Shown here: positions 17,834-27,649 of the stretch, in pieces
Position numbering within the stretch: the first letter of the stretch is position 1
Layout of the letters: every line of letters starts with the position of its first letter
Assembly: GCA_965197905.1 (NCBI GenBank)
Contig: CBDAOB010000003.1
Coordinates: 1,088,001 to 1,152,000 of the forward strand
DNA: 64,000 nt
Direction of reading: 5' to 3'
From: Candidatus Latescibacterota bacterium
GTDB taxonomy: Bacteria; Latescibacterota; UBA2968; UBA8231
The notes under the pieces: generated by a model
Told to the model about the DNA's origin: nothing
What the model saw: the letters and a program-made list of their open reading frames with translations, nothing else
The model's database searches: none
Position numbers and translations under genes: made by a program

Positions 17834-19957
17834 ATGGATGTGAGCGGTACCGTTCGCGAGACCGGCAGCGGCAAAGGCATTGCCGGCGTGCCGGTATGCA
17901 ACGGCGAGGCGTTCGCGGTCAGCGGTGCGGACGGACGCTACGAGATACCGGTCGAAGCGGGCGCACACCCCTTCGTCTGGATCTCGATGCCCGACGGGCT
18001 GGTTGCGGTAGATCGATTCTATCGCGGTTTGCCCGGTGATCTGTCTTCCCTCGATGGACTCGACTTCGAGCTGTCGCCGAAACTTGCCGGCAGCAGCGAC
18101 TGCTTTCGACTGGCGCATATCACCGATCTACATCTCATCATCGAACAGGAGAACCCCAATCTGGAACTGACCTCGCCCGGCGCACTGAAGCAAGCTATGG
18201 AGAGCCTGCTGGAGCGATCCAATCCCGACCTGATCATCGTTGGGGGAGATCTGACGAATCTCGGCACGCCGCAGGAGATGGCAGAGGTTTCCCGTATCCT
18301 TTCCCGGGTCGAGACGCCGCTCTTCCCGTTGTTTGGCAATCACGACGGCGCCAACGAACGGCGTATCCAGCTGGCTCAGGAAGGCAAGGCGGACAAGACC
18401 TTCACAAGGCATTACGAGCAGTGCTTTGGTCCATCCTACTACAGCTTCGATTGGGGTGGTTGCCACGTCGTCATGTACATGGACTTCGATCGCTGTCTTT
18501 CGCCCCCCGACCAGGTGCGCAAAGCCACCTGGTTGACGGGCGACCTCTCACGGCAGCCGGCCGGACGACAGATCATCGTGGTGCTCCACGGACCGCCAAC
18601 CCCCGATCTTCTCCAACAGCTCAGCCGTTTCGAGGTCTCCACCGTGCTCTACGGTCATCGACATTCCACCAAGGTAGTTCAACAGAACGGCATGGACGTG
18701 ATCTGCACGCCGGCCTTCTGTTTCGGAGGCACCGATACCACGCCGGCTGGCTACCGTCTCCTCGACTTCGTCCCGAACAAGGTCGAGCACCAGCCGGTCG
18801 CCCTGAACCAGGAGCGGCTCAAGATTCAGAGTCCGCTGAGGGGTGCTGCCGCGGCGGCACCCCTGGAACTCACGTGGGAACGAAGAATCCCCGGAGACCT
18901 TCACCGTGCCGCGCCGATCCGTTACGGAGACAACATCCTTCTCAGTCTGCGCGACGAATCCCTGGGCCGTGACGGCGGAGTACTCTGTCTCGATGCAACC
19001 GATGGAGAAGAGCTGTGGCGGTTCCGCAGCAGCGCCTCGGTCAAGAGCAGCGTGGCGGTTTCGCCATCGGGTATGTGCGCGGCCGCCTCTGTGCACGGGG
19101 AGGTCTACCTGCTTGAACCGGATGGAACATTGCGTTGGAAGTCGAGGCTGCCGGGCTACCCGGAGTTTTTTCTCTACACCGCGCCCCTGATTACGGAGTC
19201 CTCCGTCCACGTTCTTGAGAAGGGTTTCTGTGCGGCGCTGAGCCTGGATACCGGGGAACTGGTCTGGTCGCGCTCGATGGACCCCAGGGACGAAGGCCAA
19301 ATTACCTTTCGCCGTGGCGTCTCCGGCCGCGATGTGCCGTCGTTCACCGGTTTCGTCGAATTTGGCGACCTGCTGGTCGGGCCGGTTCCGGGGCGCGGCA
19401 TAGTTGGGCTCCGGAGAATTACCGGCGAAATCGAATGGGAGCTGGAACTGGAAGGGGGCAAACAGGCGTTTGCCCCTCCGATATTGTTCGGAGATCGCCT
19501 CGTAAGCGGTGGAGCGCCGTTCGAACTGGTTGTGGTAAACGCTTCCTCGGGAACCGTCGTGTGGCGCCGCCAGGTGCTGGAAGCAGACTATCCGACCGGG
19601 CTGGCTGTTGCCGCTGGGCGACTTTTCGCTACCGCCGCCGTTGGCGGCTTGCGTTGTTTCGATTCAACCAATGGTGGCCTGGCCTGGGAGTTCGCAACAG
19701 GCGAGGATCTGCTGGATATGATTCCGCGTCGACGTGGCTTGCGATCGATCCTGGCACCACCGGTTCTCCTCGGTGAGCATCTGATTCTCGGTGCCAACGA
19801 TGGACGTTTATATCTGCTCCACGCGGAAACCGGCGAATGCGAGGTCGATCTTGATCTTGGAGCTCCGGTCACTGCTGCGCCCTGCATTACCGCTACCGGC
19901 TTCTGTGTAGGGACCTGGGATGGGCGTCTCTTCTCGTTCCATTTACGCCAAGACTAA
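17834..19957 (+). CDS. Calcineurin-like metallophosphoesterase fused to PQQ-like beta-propeller repeats (paralog of the upstream gene)
   Basis: DLH, GDLTN, GNHD, GHRH; LDATDGEELW blades; collinear with 15739-17802. Confidence 0.82.
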   Translation: MDVSGTVRETGSGKGIAGVPVCNGEAFAVSGADGRYEIPVEAGAHPFVWISMPDGLVAVDRFYRGLPGDLSSLDGLDFELSPKLAGSSDCFRLAHITDLHLIIEQENPNLELTSPGALKQAMESLLERSNPDLIIVGGDLTNLGTPQEMAEVSRILSRVETPLFPLFGNHDGANERRIQLAQEGKADKTFTRHYEQCFGPSYYSFDWGGCHVVMYMDFDRCLSPPDQVRKATWLTGDLSRQPAGRQIIVVLHGPPTPDLLQQLSRFEVSTVLYGHRHSTKVVQQNGMDVICTPAFCFGGTDTTPAGYRLLDFVPNKVEHQPVALNQERLKIQSPLRGAAAAAPLELTWERRIPGDLHRAAPIRYGDNILLSLRDESLGRDGGVLCLDATDGEELWRFRSSASVKSSVAVSPSGMCAAASVHGEVYLLEPDGTLRWKSRLPGYPEFFLYTAPLITESSVHVLEKGFCAALSLDTGELVWSRSMDPRDEGQITFRRGVSGRDVPSFTGFVEFGDLLVGPVPGRGIVGLRRITGEIEWELELEGGKQAFAPPILFGDRLVSGGAPFELVVVNASSGTVVWRRQVLEADYPTGLAVAAGRLFATAAVGGLRCFDSTNGGLAWEFATGEDLLDMIPRRRGLRSILAPPVLLGEHLILGANDGRLYLLHAETGECEVDLDLGAPVTAAPCITATGFCVGTWDGRLFSFHLRQD

Positions 19958-19977
19958 CCGAGTATCGTGCGCCCGCC

Positions 19978-20667
19978 TCACCTGGAACGGGAGAGAATCT
20001 CCAGCACCTGATCTCGATCCTTGCTGTTGGAGGTCATGGCATCGTTAGGCAGGTGATCTGTCGATGCGAGACAAATCTTCTCGAACTCGGGGGACAGCCG
20101 CAGGGATGTCAGCATGCAGTTCCAGGGGAATCGAGGCTCTCGTGCCAGCTCGGGCGCCCGCTGGTTCAGCACATGGCGCGTTGCGCCTCCCACCGTGGCA
20201 CCGTGTCCCACCAGCAACACATCTGACCCTTTTGCTTCCAGCGCGTCCACCACCGGACCGACGCGCGCTTCGATGTCATCGGCTGATTCCGCTGCGGTCG
20301 TCCACCAGGGGTAGGGGATCTCAGCATCGATCTGCAGGCGGGGATAGCTCGCTTTTAGCTCGTCGATGGTGGCACCACGAAATTGGGCCATCTGCTCGCC
20401 GGAGCCGTTGGACTCGCGCATGCCAAGGGATAGGTGAAGCTCGGCATCTGTAGTGTCGGCAACGATCTGCCCGGTTTCAGCGGCGCGCCGGTACGGAGAG
20501 GTGTGGATCGATCCGGCGAAATCCGAGTCCCGCAAACGTTCGCCCAGCAGTTGAGCTTGATGTCGCCCCAGTGCGCTCAGTGGTGGATTTCCAGGAGCAA
20601 AAAAGACATCTGAACCGTCGTCGGTCGCGGGTTGCACCTGACCGTGACGGGTTATGTGGAGAATCAT
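19978..20667 (-). CDS. Histidine phosphatase (phosphoglycerate mutase) family protein
   Basis: N-terminal RHG motif, SPYRRAAET, LLVGHG. Confidence 0.85.
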   Translation of the reverse strand: MILHITRHGQVQPATDDGSDVFFAPGNPPLSALGRHQAQLLGERLRDSDFAGSIHTSPYRRAAETGQIVADTTDAELHLSLGMRESNGSGEQMAQFRGATIDELKASYPRLQIDAEIPYPWWTTAAESADDIEARVGPVVDALEAKGSDVLLVGHGATVGGATRHVLNQRAPELAREPRFPWNCMLTSLRLSPEFEKICLASTDHLPNDAMTSNSKDRDQVLEILSRSR

Positions 20668-20897
20668 GACAATCCTCGTCCTGGCAGTTTTCTACTTTTG
20701 AAAGGGTGACACGGGCGCCGGGCGTATCGCAAAGTATGATGGCATATTGTCGTTGACTCAAGTCGAGGTTACACATCGGCGAGCTATGTCCCTCATGGTC
20801 GCGTTGGAGCGAGAGGTCAGTTCCGTTCGGCCTGAATGCCCAACACTCGCTTGCAGGAGCGGGGATCGGGCGACTATCCTTACTGCAGGAACCAACA

Positions 20898-22475
20898 TTG
20901 GACAGCGCAGAACCGACAAACCCAACTCCATCTATTGGCATCATTGTGGATCCGCTGCCCTTGCGGGCATGGGCGCACGAGGTCCTCGAGCAGATCCTCG
21001 AGCAGGATCTGGCGCGGATTGTGTATGTCGCTACGGTGTCCTCCACTGGGTCGCAGCTGGAAGGAACTCTGCCCTTGAGGTTATACACGGGCCTGGATTG
21101 CCTCATCCTTCCCGCGCACCCCCGCGCCCTCCAACGGCGGCCTGACAGTCCCCTGCTGCAAAAGTTGCCGATGTTTGATCTGGGTCACCCAGACCAACTC
21201 CCGCCTGGGAAGCAGCTCGAGGAAGTCGATCTCGTGATAAATTTGAGCTGCCGAGCCGTCACCGACGTACTCGCTACCTCGACGCCACAAACTGCCTGGT
21301 CGCTTCCCATGCTGTCGCGCACGGCGTGGCAAAGTGTCGAAGAGGTATACGAGCATAGGCCGGTGTCTACGGTTACGGTCGAATCGACGTCTTCCGATGC
21401 GGCCGATCCACTGGTGCTGCAGCAGGCGTACTGCGCCACCGATTTCTTCTCGGTAGGTCGCACCAGGAACAGGGTTCTGTGGAAAGGTGGCGCCCTGACT
21501 ATCCGTGCCCTCAAACGTTGGCGTGGACCTGCACCTGACCTTCCCCCAGTCGAGAAACAGTCGGAAAGCCGTGCAGTCTACTCGGCAACTGCGCTGCTGG
21601 CGAAGATCGTTGGGCGCCTCGTTCGCGACAGTATCAACAAGCTTTTATATGGACGGCGATGGTTGCTTATAGCGCACGCGGCAGAGGAGTTCTCCGAAAA
21701 TTTCGGCGACTATCAACCGCTTGTACCACCAAAGAACTGCGCCTGGGCAGATCCCTGCGTACTGACTCGCGGCGAGCGGCACTACTTGTTTATCGAGCAG
21801 ATTCTGCCCGGCGCCAGCAAGGGTCATCTGGCAGTCCTGGAAATGAACGCCGAAAAAATCACCGCCCCTCCAAAGATTATTCTCGAAAAGCCGTATCACT
21901 TATCCCATCCGTTTGTTTTCGAATGGGAGGGGGACAGCTACATGGTGCCGGAATCGTCCGCGAACGGGTCGGTGGATCTATATCGCTGCACCGATTTTCC
22001 GACCTGCTGGGAATTCTGCAAAACCCTTATGCCTGGGGTTCGGGCGGTGGACGCAACCTTGTTGCAGCACAATGGCCGATGGTGGATGTTCGTGACCTTG
22101 GCCGATCACAAAGGTGCGACCACCCGGGAAGAGCTGTTCCTGTTCTCGAACCGCAGGCCGGTAGACGAAAGCTGGCAGCCTCATCCGCTCAACCCGATCG
22201 TCGCTGACGCCCGCAGAGCCCGTCCCGCCGGCCGCATTGTTCAGCAAAACGGCAAGCTGGTGAGACCGGCGCAGGATTGCTCGCACCGATACGGCTACGG
22301 AATTCGAATGATGGAGATCGTGACGCTCGACGAGGAGCACTACGAAGAGTTGGAGATTGCCAGCTACACACCCAATTGGGACTCCAACGTGGTTGGCTTA
22401 CACACCATCGATCGCGGCGAGGGGTTCACCGTCCTGGATGTCAAGCAGTCCACACTTCGACTCTTGAACCGTTGA
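20898..22475 (+). CDS. Glucosamine inositolphosphorylceramide transferase N-terminal-like (beta-propeller) protein
   Basis: WADP, YHLSHPFVF..YMVPE, HPLNPI..ARPAG, RPAQDCS..YG motifs; start (TTG) uncertain. Confidence 0.65.
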   Translation: MDSAEPTNPTPSIGIIVDPLPLRAWAHEVLEQILEQDLARIVYVATVSSTGSQLEGTLPLRLYTGLDCLILPAHPRALQRRPDSPLLQKLPMFDLGHPDQLPPGKQLEEVDLVINLSCRAVTDVLATSTPQTAWSLPMLSRTAWQSVEEVYEHRPVSTVTVESTSSDAADPLVLQQAYCATDFFSVGRTRNRVLWKGGALTIRALKRWRGPAPDLPPVEKQSESRAVYSATALLAKIVGRLVRDSINKLLYGRRWLLIAHAAEEFSENFGDYQPLVPPKNCAWADPCVLTRGERHYLFIEQILPGASKGHLAVLEMNAEKITAPPKIILEKPYHLSHPFVFEWEGDSYMVPESSANGSVDLYRCTDFPTCWEFCKTLMPGVRAVDATLLQHNGRWWMFVTLADHKGATTREELFLFSNRRPVDESWQPHPLNPIVADARRARPAGRIVQQNGKLVRPAQDCSHRYGYGIRMMEIVTLDEEHYEELEIASYTPNWDSNVVGLHTIDRGEGFTVLDVKQSTLRLLNR

Positions 22476-22487
22476 AGCGCGGAAGCG

Positions 22488-23360
22488 CTATCTCGCCGGG
22501 GCCGGGTAGTCGTACTTGTCCAGCTCCTCGGCCGCAACCTCCCGAATCTGCGCGATATCCTCGTCGCTCAGTCGTTCCAGAGCGCCTTCATTCATATCCC
22601 GGATCTCCGACTGTAGGCCGTGGACCTGCCAGGGTCGATGCAGATGCTCATCGCCGAGCGGGTCCAACCCCAGGAAATCGGTCACGGTCCGCAAGCGGCT
22701 GTCTGGGGCGGCCGCGAGCTCCTCGTACTTGAGACATAAGAAGCGCTCCAGGTGCTGGCTGTCCGCCATGAGGATGCGATCGGTGGCGCACCACTGTTCG
22801 GCGCACAGCGCAATGGGGTAACTCGATGGATGGTTTGGGTTCTCGTACTTTGCAGGGTTTGCCTTGCGACGGATACCTTCGGCGACCGCATATCCGTTGC
22901 GCACGAGATAGATGAAATAGGCCGGCGAGAAGTAGGTCTGAAGGAAATCGGTGCGGACGGCGTTGGCGACGGATTTCTCCAGTAGATACGGCCGGCCCGA
23001 AGGAAAGAGAACCGACCACTGCCGCTTGACTCTTTGAGCCCTCGCCTCCATGCCTTCGCCGGGTAGCAGTCGAATCTGATCGAGACAACGACACCACATG
23101 CGGTTCCATCCGAAATCCTCGGGCCGCGGTAGCGCATCGGTAAAGCGAACCCCTTCCCCGGGCAGCGCGCCGATATCGGGGTGGGTAGCCAGGATATCTT
23201 TCAGCAGGGTCGTCCCGGAGTTGTAACTACCCAGCACGAAGATCCATTTCTTGCCCGCGAGTGGCGCCCCGAAGGGAGCAGCGAGCCGTTGGCCGGTGCG
23301 GGTGCGCATGAACTGGTTGCGCAGGCGGGCGGGTATCCGTCTCAGTTCTTCTGCCCTCAT
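22488..23360 (-). CDS. PAPS-dependent sulfotransferase
   Basis: FVLGSYNSGTTLL 5'PSB motif, LEKS, YLVRNG, KYEEL. Confidence 0.85.
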   Translation of the reverse strand: MRAEELRRIPARLRNQFMRTRTGQRLAAPFGAPLAGKKWIFVLGSYNSGTTLLKDILATHPDIGALPGEGVRFTDALPRPEDFGWNRMWCRCLDQIRLLPGEGMEARAQRVKRQWSVLFPSGRPYLLEKSVANAVRTDFLQTYFSPAYFIYLVRNGYAVAEGIRRKANPAKYENPNHPSSYPIALCAEQWCATDRILMADSQHLERFLCLKYEELAAAPDSRLRTVTDFLGLDPLGDEHLHRPWQVHGLQSEIRDMNEGALERLSDEDIAQIREVAAEELDKYDYPAPAR

Positions 23361-23379
23361 GCCGTCGAACCTCTCGCTG

Positions 23380-24555
23380 TCATATCCCTTGATCGCCGCG
23401 TTTCAGGACCTGCTCCAATATCTCGAAACTCCTCTGGCTCAAGACGTCCAGGGAAAACTGCTTGCCGATCCACTGATGGGCTCTGTTACCCATCTCCCGT
23501 CGCAGAGGTTCGTCCGCAAGAAGCCGTTTCAACTTTTCTGCTACGTCGTGTTCGTCGTCCGCCGTTGCCAGGAGGCCGGTCTCTCCGTGGCGCACAACTT
23601 CGGGAGTGCCGCCGCTATCGACGCCGAGGGATGGCAGCCTGAAGGCTCCCGCTTCCATAAAGACGTTGGGCATTCCCTCCTCAACGCCCAGCATCACAAA
23701 GAGGTCGGCCCCGCGATACAGATTGAGCAGAGTAGAGGAGATCGGCGGCACCGTCCCAAGGAGGTAGATGCGGGAGTCCAACCCGAGACGCCGGATTTCG
23801 CGCTCAATCGGCCGGCGCCCCGGCCCGTCTCCCACGACAACGAGACACGACTGGGGGAATTCGCCGACGATCCTGGCGAAGGCTCGCACTGTCAATTCGA
23901 CCCGCTTCTGAGCCACCAGTCGCGCAACGGTGAGTATAACCATCTTGCCTTCCAAGACGGGGTACTCCTGTTCTGCTGCACCTCCAGCCACGGATTCTAG
24001 ATGCTCCATATCGACGGCTGAAGGACTCACGAAGATTTTCTCGCGGCCGACGCCCTTTTTTATAGCAACGGATTTGAGGAACTCGCTGGCAGCGCCAATG
24101 GCACGGGATTCCCGGTAGCACCTTCGCTGCGGAATGCTCTCCAGCCGCGTCCAGATTCCGCTTCCGGGAAGCCGCCGCAATAAATCCGAACCTCGGATGC
24201 TGGAAATGAGTGCGGTCCGTTCGGGCAGCCGCAACAGACCGGCAACGCGACAAGCCATGCCGTTAGTAACCCACAACAGATCCGGTTGAAAGCTGATCAG
24301 CGTGCGTTGCAACCAGCGTCGGGCAACCAGATATCGGCGCAGAGGAAAACCCAGGTAGGGCAGCCGAACGATTTCGAAAGGCTGAAAAGAGTCGAAGGAC
24401 GCGCCGTCTTCATCCGCTGTTTCTGGCGCCAGAACCCGCACCTCAACACCACGGCTGGAAAGTCCTGCAGCAAGCCGGGCGGCGTAGGTTGCGGATCCGG
24501 TCGCCGAAGGCGGGAACTCCATGCCAAAGACTAAAACTCTGTACTCAGCATCCAT
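23380..24555 (-). CDS. Glycosyltransferase family 4
   Basis: EFPP..GS, TVARLVAQKRV, VGDGP, EGMPNVFMEA..P, GGTPEVV; start placed at MDAEY. Confidence 0.9.
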   Translation of the reverse strand: MDAEYRVLVFGMEFPPSATGSATYAARLAAGLSSRGVEVRVLAPETADEDGASFDSFQPFEIVRLPYLGFPLRRYLVARRWLQRTLISFQPDLLWVTNGMACRVAGLLRLPERTALISSIRGSDLLRRLPGSGIWTRLESIPQRRCYRESRAIGAASEFLKSVAIKKGVGREKIFVSPSAVDMEHLESVAGGAAEQEYPVLEGKMVILTVARLVAQKRVELTVRAFARIVGEFPQSCLVVVGDGPGRRPIEREIRRLGLDSRIYLLGTVPPISSTLLNLYRGADLFVMLGVEEGMPNVFMEAGAFRLPSLGVDSGGTPEVVRHGETGLLATADDEHDVAEKLKRLLADEPLRREMGNRAHQWIGKQFSLDVLSQRSFEILEQVLKRGDQGI

Positions 24556-24676
24556 GGTATATCGACCGCTGGCGAATATAGGGACATAGAGTGTCTCAAC
24601 GCGACCGCCGGACAGCTTCAGGTTTCCTGCCGGCCTACCGTTTTTCCTATATTGAGCCCATGACAGATACCCTGCA

Positions 24677-26269
24677 ATGAACGAGATGACTTCCGGAGCA
24701 ACGCCGACACCAACGTCCCTGCGACAAGACCAGCAGGACATCGACGATCTGGCTACCGGGGCTCTGGTAAATTTCCTGGGTAAGGCAGCCCGGATTTCGC
24801 GAGGCGGATTTATCTGGGTTGTCACCCTCCTGTGCGGCCTCGAGGTTCAGGCGCTGTACTCGCTCACGTGGGGATTCGTATCCACCCTCAACAAGATCGG
24901 ACGTTTCGGCCTGCAACGCGGTGTCGTACGCCATCTGATCGAGGCGCGGGCGCGCGACGAGGAGCAGGGAGCCGAGCTGGCGGTCGCGGCAGCCCTCCGG
25001 TTGGGCTTGCTGGTCAGCTGCGGAGTAACGGTGCTGATGTTCGCGACCGCCGGATGGGTCGAATCGTTCTACGGCAAGCCGATCGCCGCCTCGCTGCGGA
25101 TCATGGCTTTCTCGACGCCCTTCATGTCTGCCGCATGGACCCTTGGGTCGGCGATAAGGGCGCTCCGCATCATGCGCTACAACGTCTACGTCATGTCCAT
25201 TTGCGGGCCCTTGTTCCTCCTTGGGGGCGGTCTCGCAATAGGATTCTCATACCCGACCCTGGAAAGCATCGCCTGGGTGCAGCTGGCGATGACCGCGGTA
25301 GTCAGCTTGCTATCGGCGTACTACTACCGTCGATTCTATTCGATGCGCACTACCTTGCTACACCTGTTTGCGGCGCCCTCCTGGAAATCGCTGGCGCGTT
25401 TTTCCTTCCCCGTAATGATTACGGACCTTTTGCGGGCGCTGTTGACCCAGCTGGATGTCCTCATGTTGGGCCGCTTCGTACCTCAAGATCAGATCTATCT
25501 GGTAGGTGTATACGTTCTTGCCCGTCGGCTCGCCAGTTCCGTGCTCAAGGCGCCTCAAGCGGTGGATCCGATTTTCAGCCCGGTTGTAAGCGAGTTGGCT
25601 GTGCAGGAACGGTTCGCCGAGTTGGTCCAGCGCTTTGTCGTCATTTCCCGCTGGATCTTGTTAGTTAATCTGCCAATCTTCGCGACCATTTTGACCGTAG
25701 GCGACACCTTGCTGCCGTTGATCGCCGGCACTGGGGCACTGACCCTGGCCGAAATGGAGGTCGGCATCGAGATTCTTTACATCCTCTGCGCTGGCATGAC
25801 CGTGTTTTCTGCGTTCTCGTCGATCGGGTCTTTGCTGACCATGTCTGGCCGGCCCTACTTGAACATGGTCAACAACGTCGTCTGGCTGGCCGCCAATTTC
25901 CTGCTCAACTTGTGGTTTATCGGTCACTTTGGTATCATCGGCGCCGCACTGGGCGCCACCCTGTCCCGCTTCCTGGTCAACGCCCTGTGGATCGGCGAGG
26001 TCTACGGCATCCACGACATCCTGCCGTTCCATCGCTCGCAGGCGAAACCTCTGCTGGCGGCAGCCGTTGGCGCCGTCGCGGGATGGTTCCTAGGGCAAGC
26101 GTTGCCCGAACCTCTCTGGTCGGCGGCGGGATTTCTGCTAGGTTTCCTCGCCTCGTACTTCCTGGTGCTGTTCGGGCTTGGAATCGAGAGCGAGGAGCGC
26201 CAGGTCTTTGCTCGTTTTGGCGCGCGCGCGATGCGGTGCTGCGGTCTATTGCGGTTGGTGCGTTCCTAA
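24677..26269 (+). CDS. Oligosaccharide flippase (Wzx/MOP family)
   Basis: Many TM segments; DVLMLG..VGVY, GIIGAALG; adjacent to GT4. Confidence 0.82.
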   Translation: MNEMTSGATPTPTSLRQDQQDIDDLATGALVNFLGKAARISRGGFIWVVTLLCGLEVQALYSLTWGFVSTLNKIGRFGLQRGVVRHLIEARARDEEQGAELAVAAALRLGLLVSCGVTVLMFATAGWVESFYGKPIAASLRIMAFSTPFMSAAWTLGSAIRALRIMRYNVYVMSICGPLFLLGGGLAIGFSYPTLESIAWVQLAMTAVVSLLSAYYYRRFYSMRTTLLHLFAAPSWKSLARFSFPVMITDLLRALLTQLDVLMLGRFVPQDQIYLVGVYVLARRLASSVLKAPQAVDPIFSPVVSELAVQERFAELVQRFVVISRWILLVNLPIFATILTVGDTLLPLIAGTGALTLAEMEVGIEILYILCAGMTVFSAFSSIGSLLTMSGRPYLNMVNNVVWLAANFLLNLWFIGHFGIIGAALGATLSRFLVNALWIGEVYGIHDILPFHRSQAKPLLAAAVGAVAGWFLGQALPEPLWSAAGFLLGFLASYFLVLFGLGIESEERQVFARFGARAMRCCGLLRLVRS

Positions 26270-26327
26270 AGCTCCAGACGGGTGGGCAGACCAGCCGGCA
26301 GTTTCACCTCCATCGAAAGGTTTCTTA

Positions 26328-27107
26328 GTGAGAAACAGCAAAGTCCTGAAGAAAATCCGCAGCGGTGACTGCGCCCGTATCTGCGGGCTTGGCCACTACA
26401 TGCCGTTCTACATCCGCTTCGCCGCACTCAACCGCTATGACGGTATCTGGCTGGACCTTGAGCATCGTGCCATGGATAATCGCGAAGTGCAAAGTCTGCT
26501 GGCGCTGATGCGACACAACGACATCGATTGCATGCTTCGTCCGCCGACCCGGGATCGCACCCGTCTCTACCGCTATATGGAAGACGGAGCCACCGGATTC
26601 ATGTTTCCGTTTGTGGACGACGCCGAGACCGCCCGCAGCCTGGTGGAGATCGTGAAATATCCGCCTATGGGGAATCGCGGTATCGACGGCGCCGGCCTCG
26701 ATGCCGACTACGGTCTCGACCACTTCCTCGCCAAGGACTCCACCTACCTGGAGGATGCCAACCGGGAGACCTTTATCGTGGCGCAGATCGAAACACCCAC
26801 TGCTTTGTCGAATCTGGACGAAATCGCCCAGGTCGAAGGCATCGATGTTCTTTTCGTGGGGCCGGGGGATCTGGGTGCCCGACTGGCGCACTCCGATATG
26901 GGCGATCTAGACGGGGCCATCGCGAAAGTGGCGGCGGCGGCAAAAAGCAACGGCAAAGCTTGGGGCATTCCCGCCGGCGCGCCCGAGGCGATCGAAAAGT
27001 ACCACACCCTTGGTGCCCAGGTGATGAGCAATTGCGGAGACTTCGGGGTGGTGAAGCTATTGGAATCCGGGGCCGCGGATTTTGACCGCATCGTGGGCGG
27101 CTCCTGA
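26328..27107 (+). CDS. HpcH/HpaI aldolase family protein
   Basis: WLDLEH, KYPPMGNRG, AQIET, LFVGPGDL; GTG start at 26328. Confidence 0.88.
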   Translation: MRNSKVLKKIRSGDCARICGLGHYMPFYIRFAALNRYDGIWLDLEHRAMDNREVQSLLALMRHNDIDCMLRPPTRDRTRLYRYMEDGATGFMFPFVDDAETARSLVEIVKYPPMGNRGIDGAGLDADYGLDHFLAKDSTYLEDANRETFIVAQIETPTALSNLDEIAQVEGIDVLFVGPGDLGARLAHSDMGDLDGAIAKVAAAAKSNGKAWGIPAGAPEAIEKYHTLGAQVMSNCGDFGVVKLLESGAADFDRIVGGS

Positions 27108-27121
27108 CGGAGAGCCCGTCC

Positions 27122-27628
27122 GTGAGGTATCCCGTAGAGATTCTGGAGGCCACCTGCATCGTGGCCTTAGCGTCCCTGTCCAGCTGCGTTCCTCCTCCGT
27201 TCACGCGGACCTCCACGTTGCCCGCCGAAGAAGAGATTGAGCAAACGGCCTCTTCCCTTGTCGGAACCTGGGAGAGCACTCATCAGAGCCCGCCCCTGGG
27301 GCACAGATTGGTTTTGATGGACACGGATATCTTCGTCTACGAGCTTCGACCCGCTTCGGGGAAGCCGTCCGGCGCCAGCATGGCGACGGGCCGCTGGAAG
27401 TCGGAGGATCACGGTCTGCTGAAACTCATGCTGGTCGACATGAAAGAGAGCGGCAAGTACGGTAGCTATAGCGGTATCGTCGGCGTCGTCAGCGACGACA
27501 CGGCGACCCGCGAGCTTTTGCGCGACGGCATCTCCACGTTTTCGTTTGAAGTGACACCCAGCCGGCTGCATGTCAGCCACGACGGCACTCGTTACACCTA
27601 CCGCCGGGATACCTCCGAGACCAACTGA
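27122..27628 (+). CDS. Putative lipoprotein, unknown function
   Basis: Hydrophobic stretch ending LSSC (lipobox-like); LVGTW motif. Confidence 0.5.
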   Translation: MRYPVEILEATCIVALASLSSCVPPPFTRTSTLPAEEEIEQTASSLVGTWESTHQSPPLGHRLVLMDTDIFVYELRPASGKPSGASMATGRWKSEDHGLLKLMLVDMKESGKYGSYSGIVGVVSDDTATRELLRDGISTFSFEVTPSRLHVSHDGTRYTYRRDTSETN

Positions 27629-27649
27629 TCCCGGCTTCTCACCGAGGTC

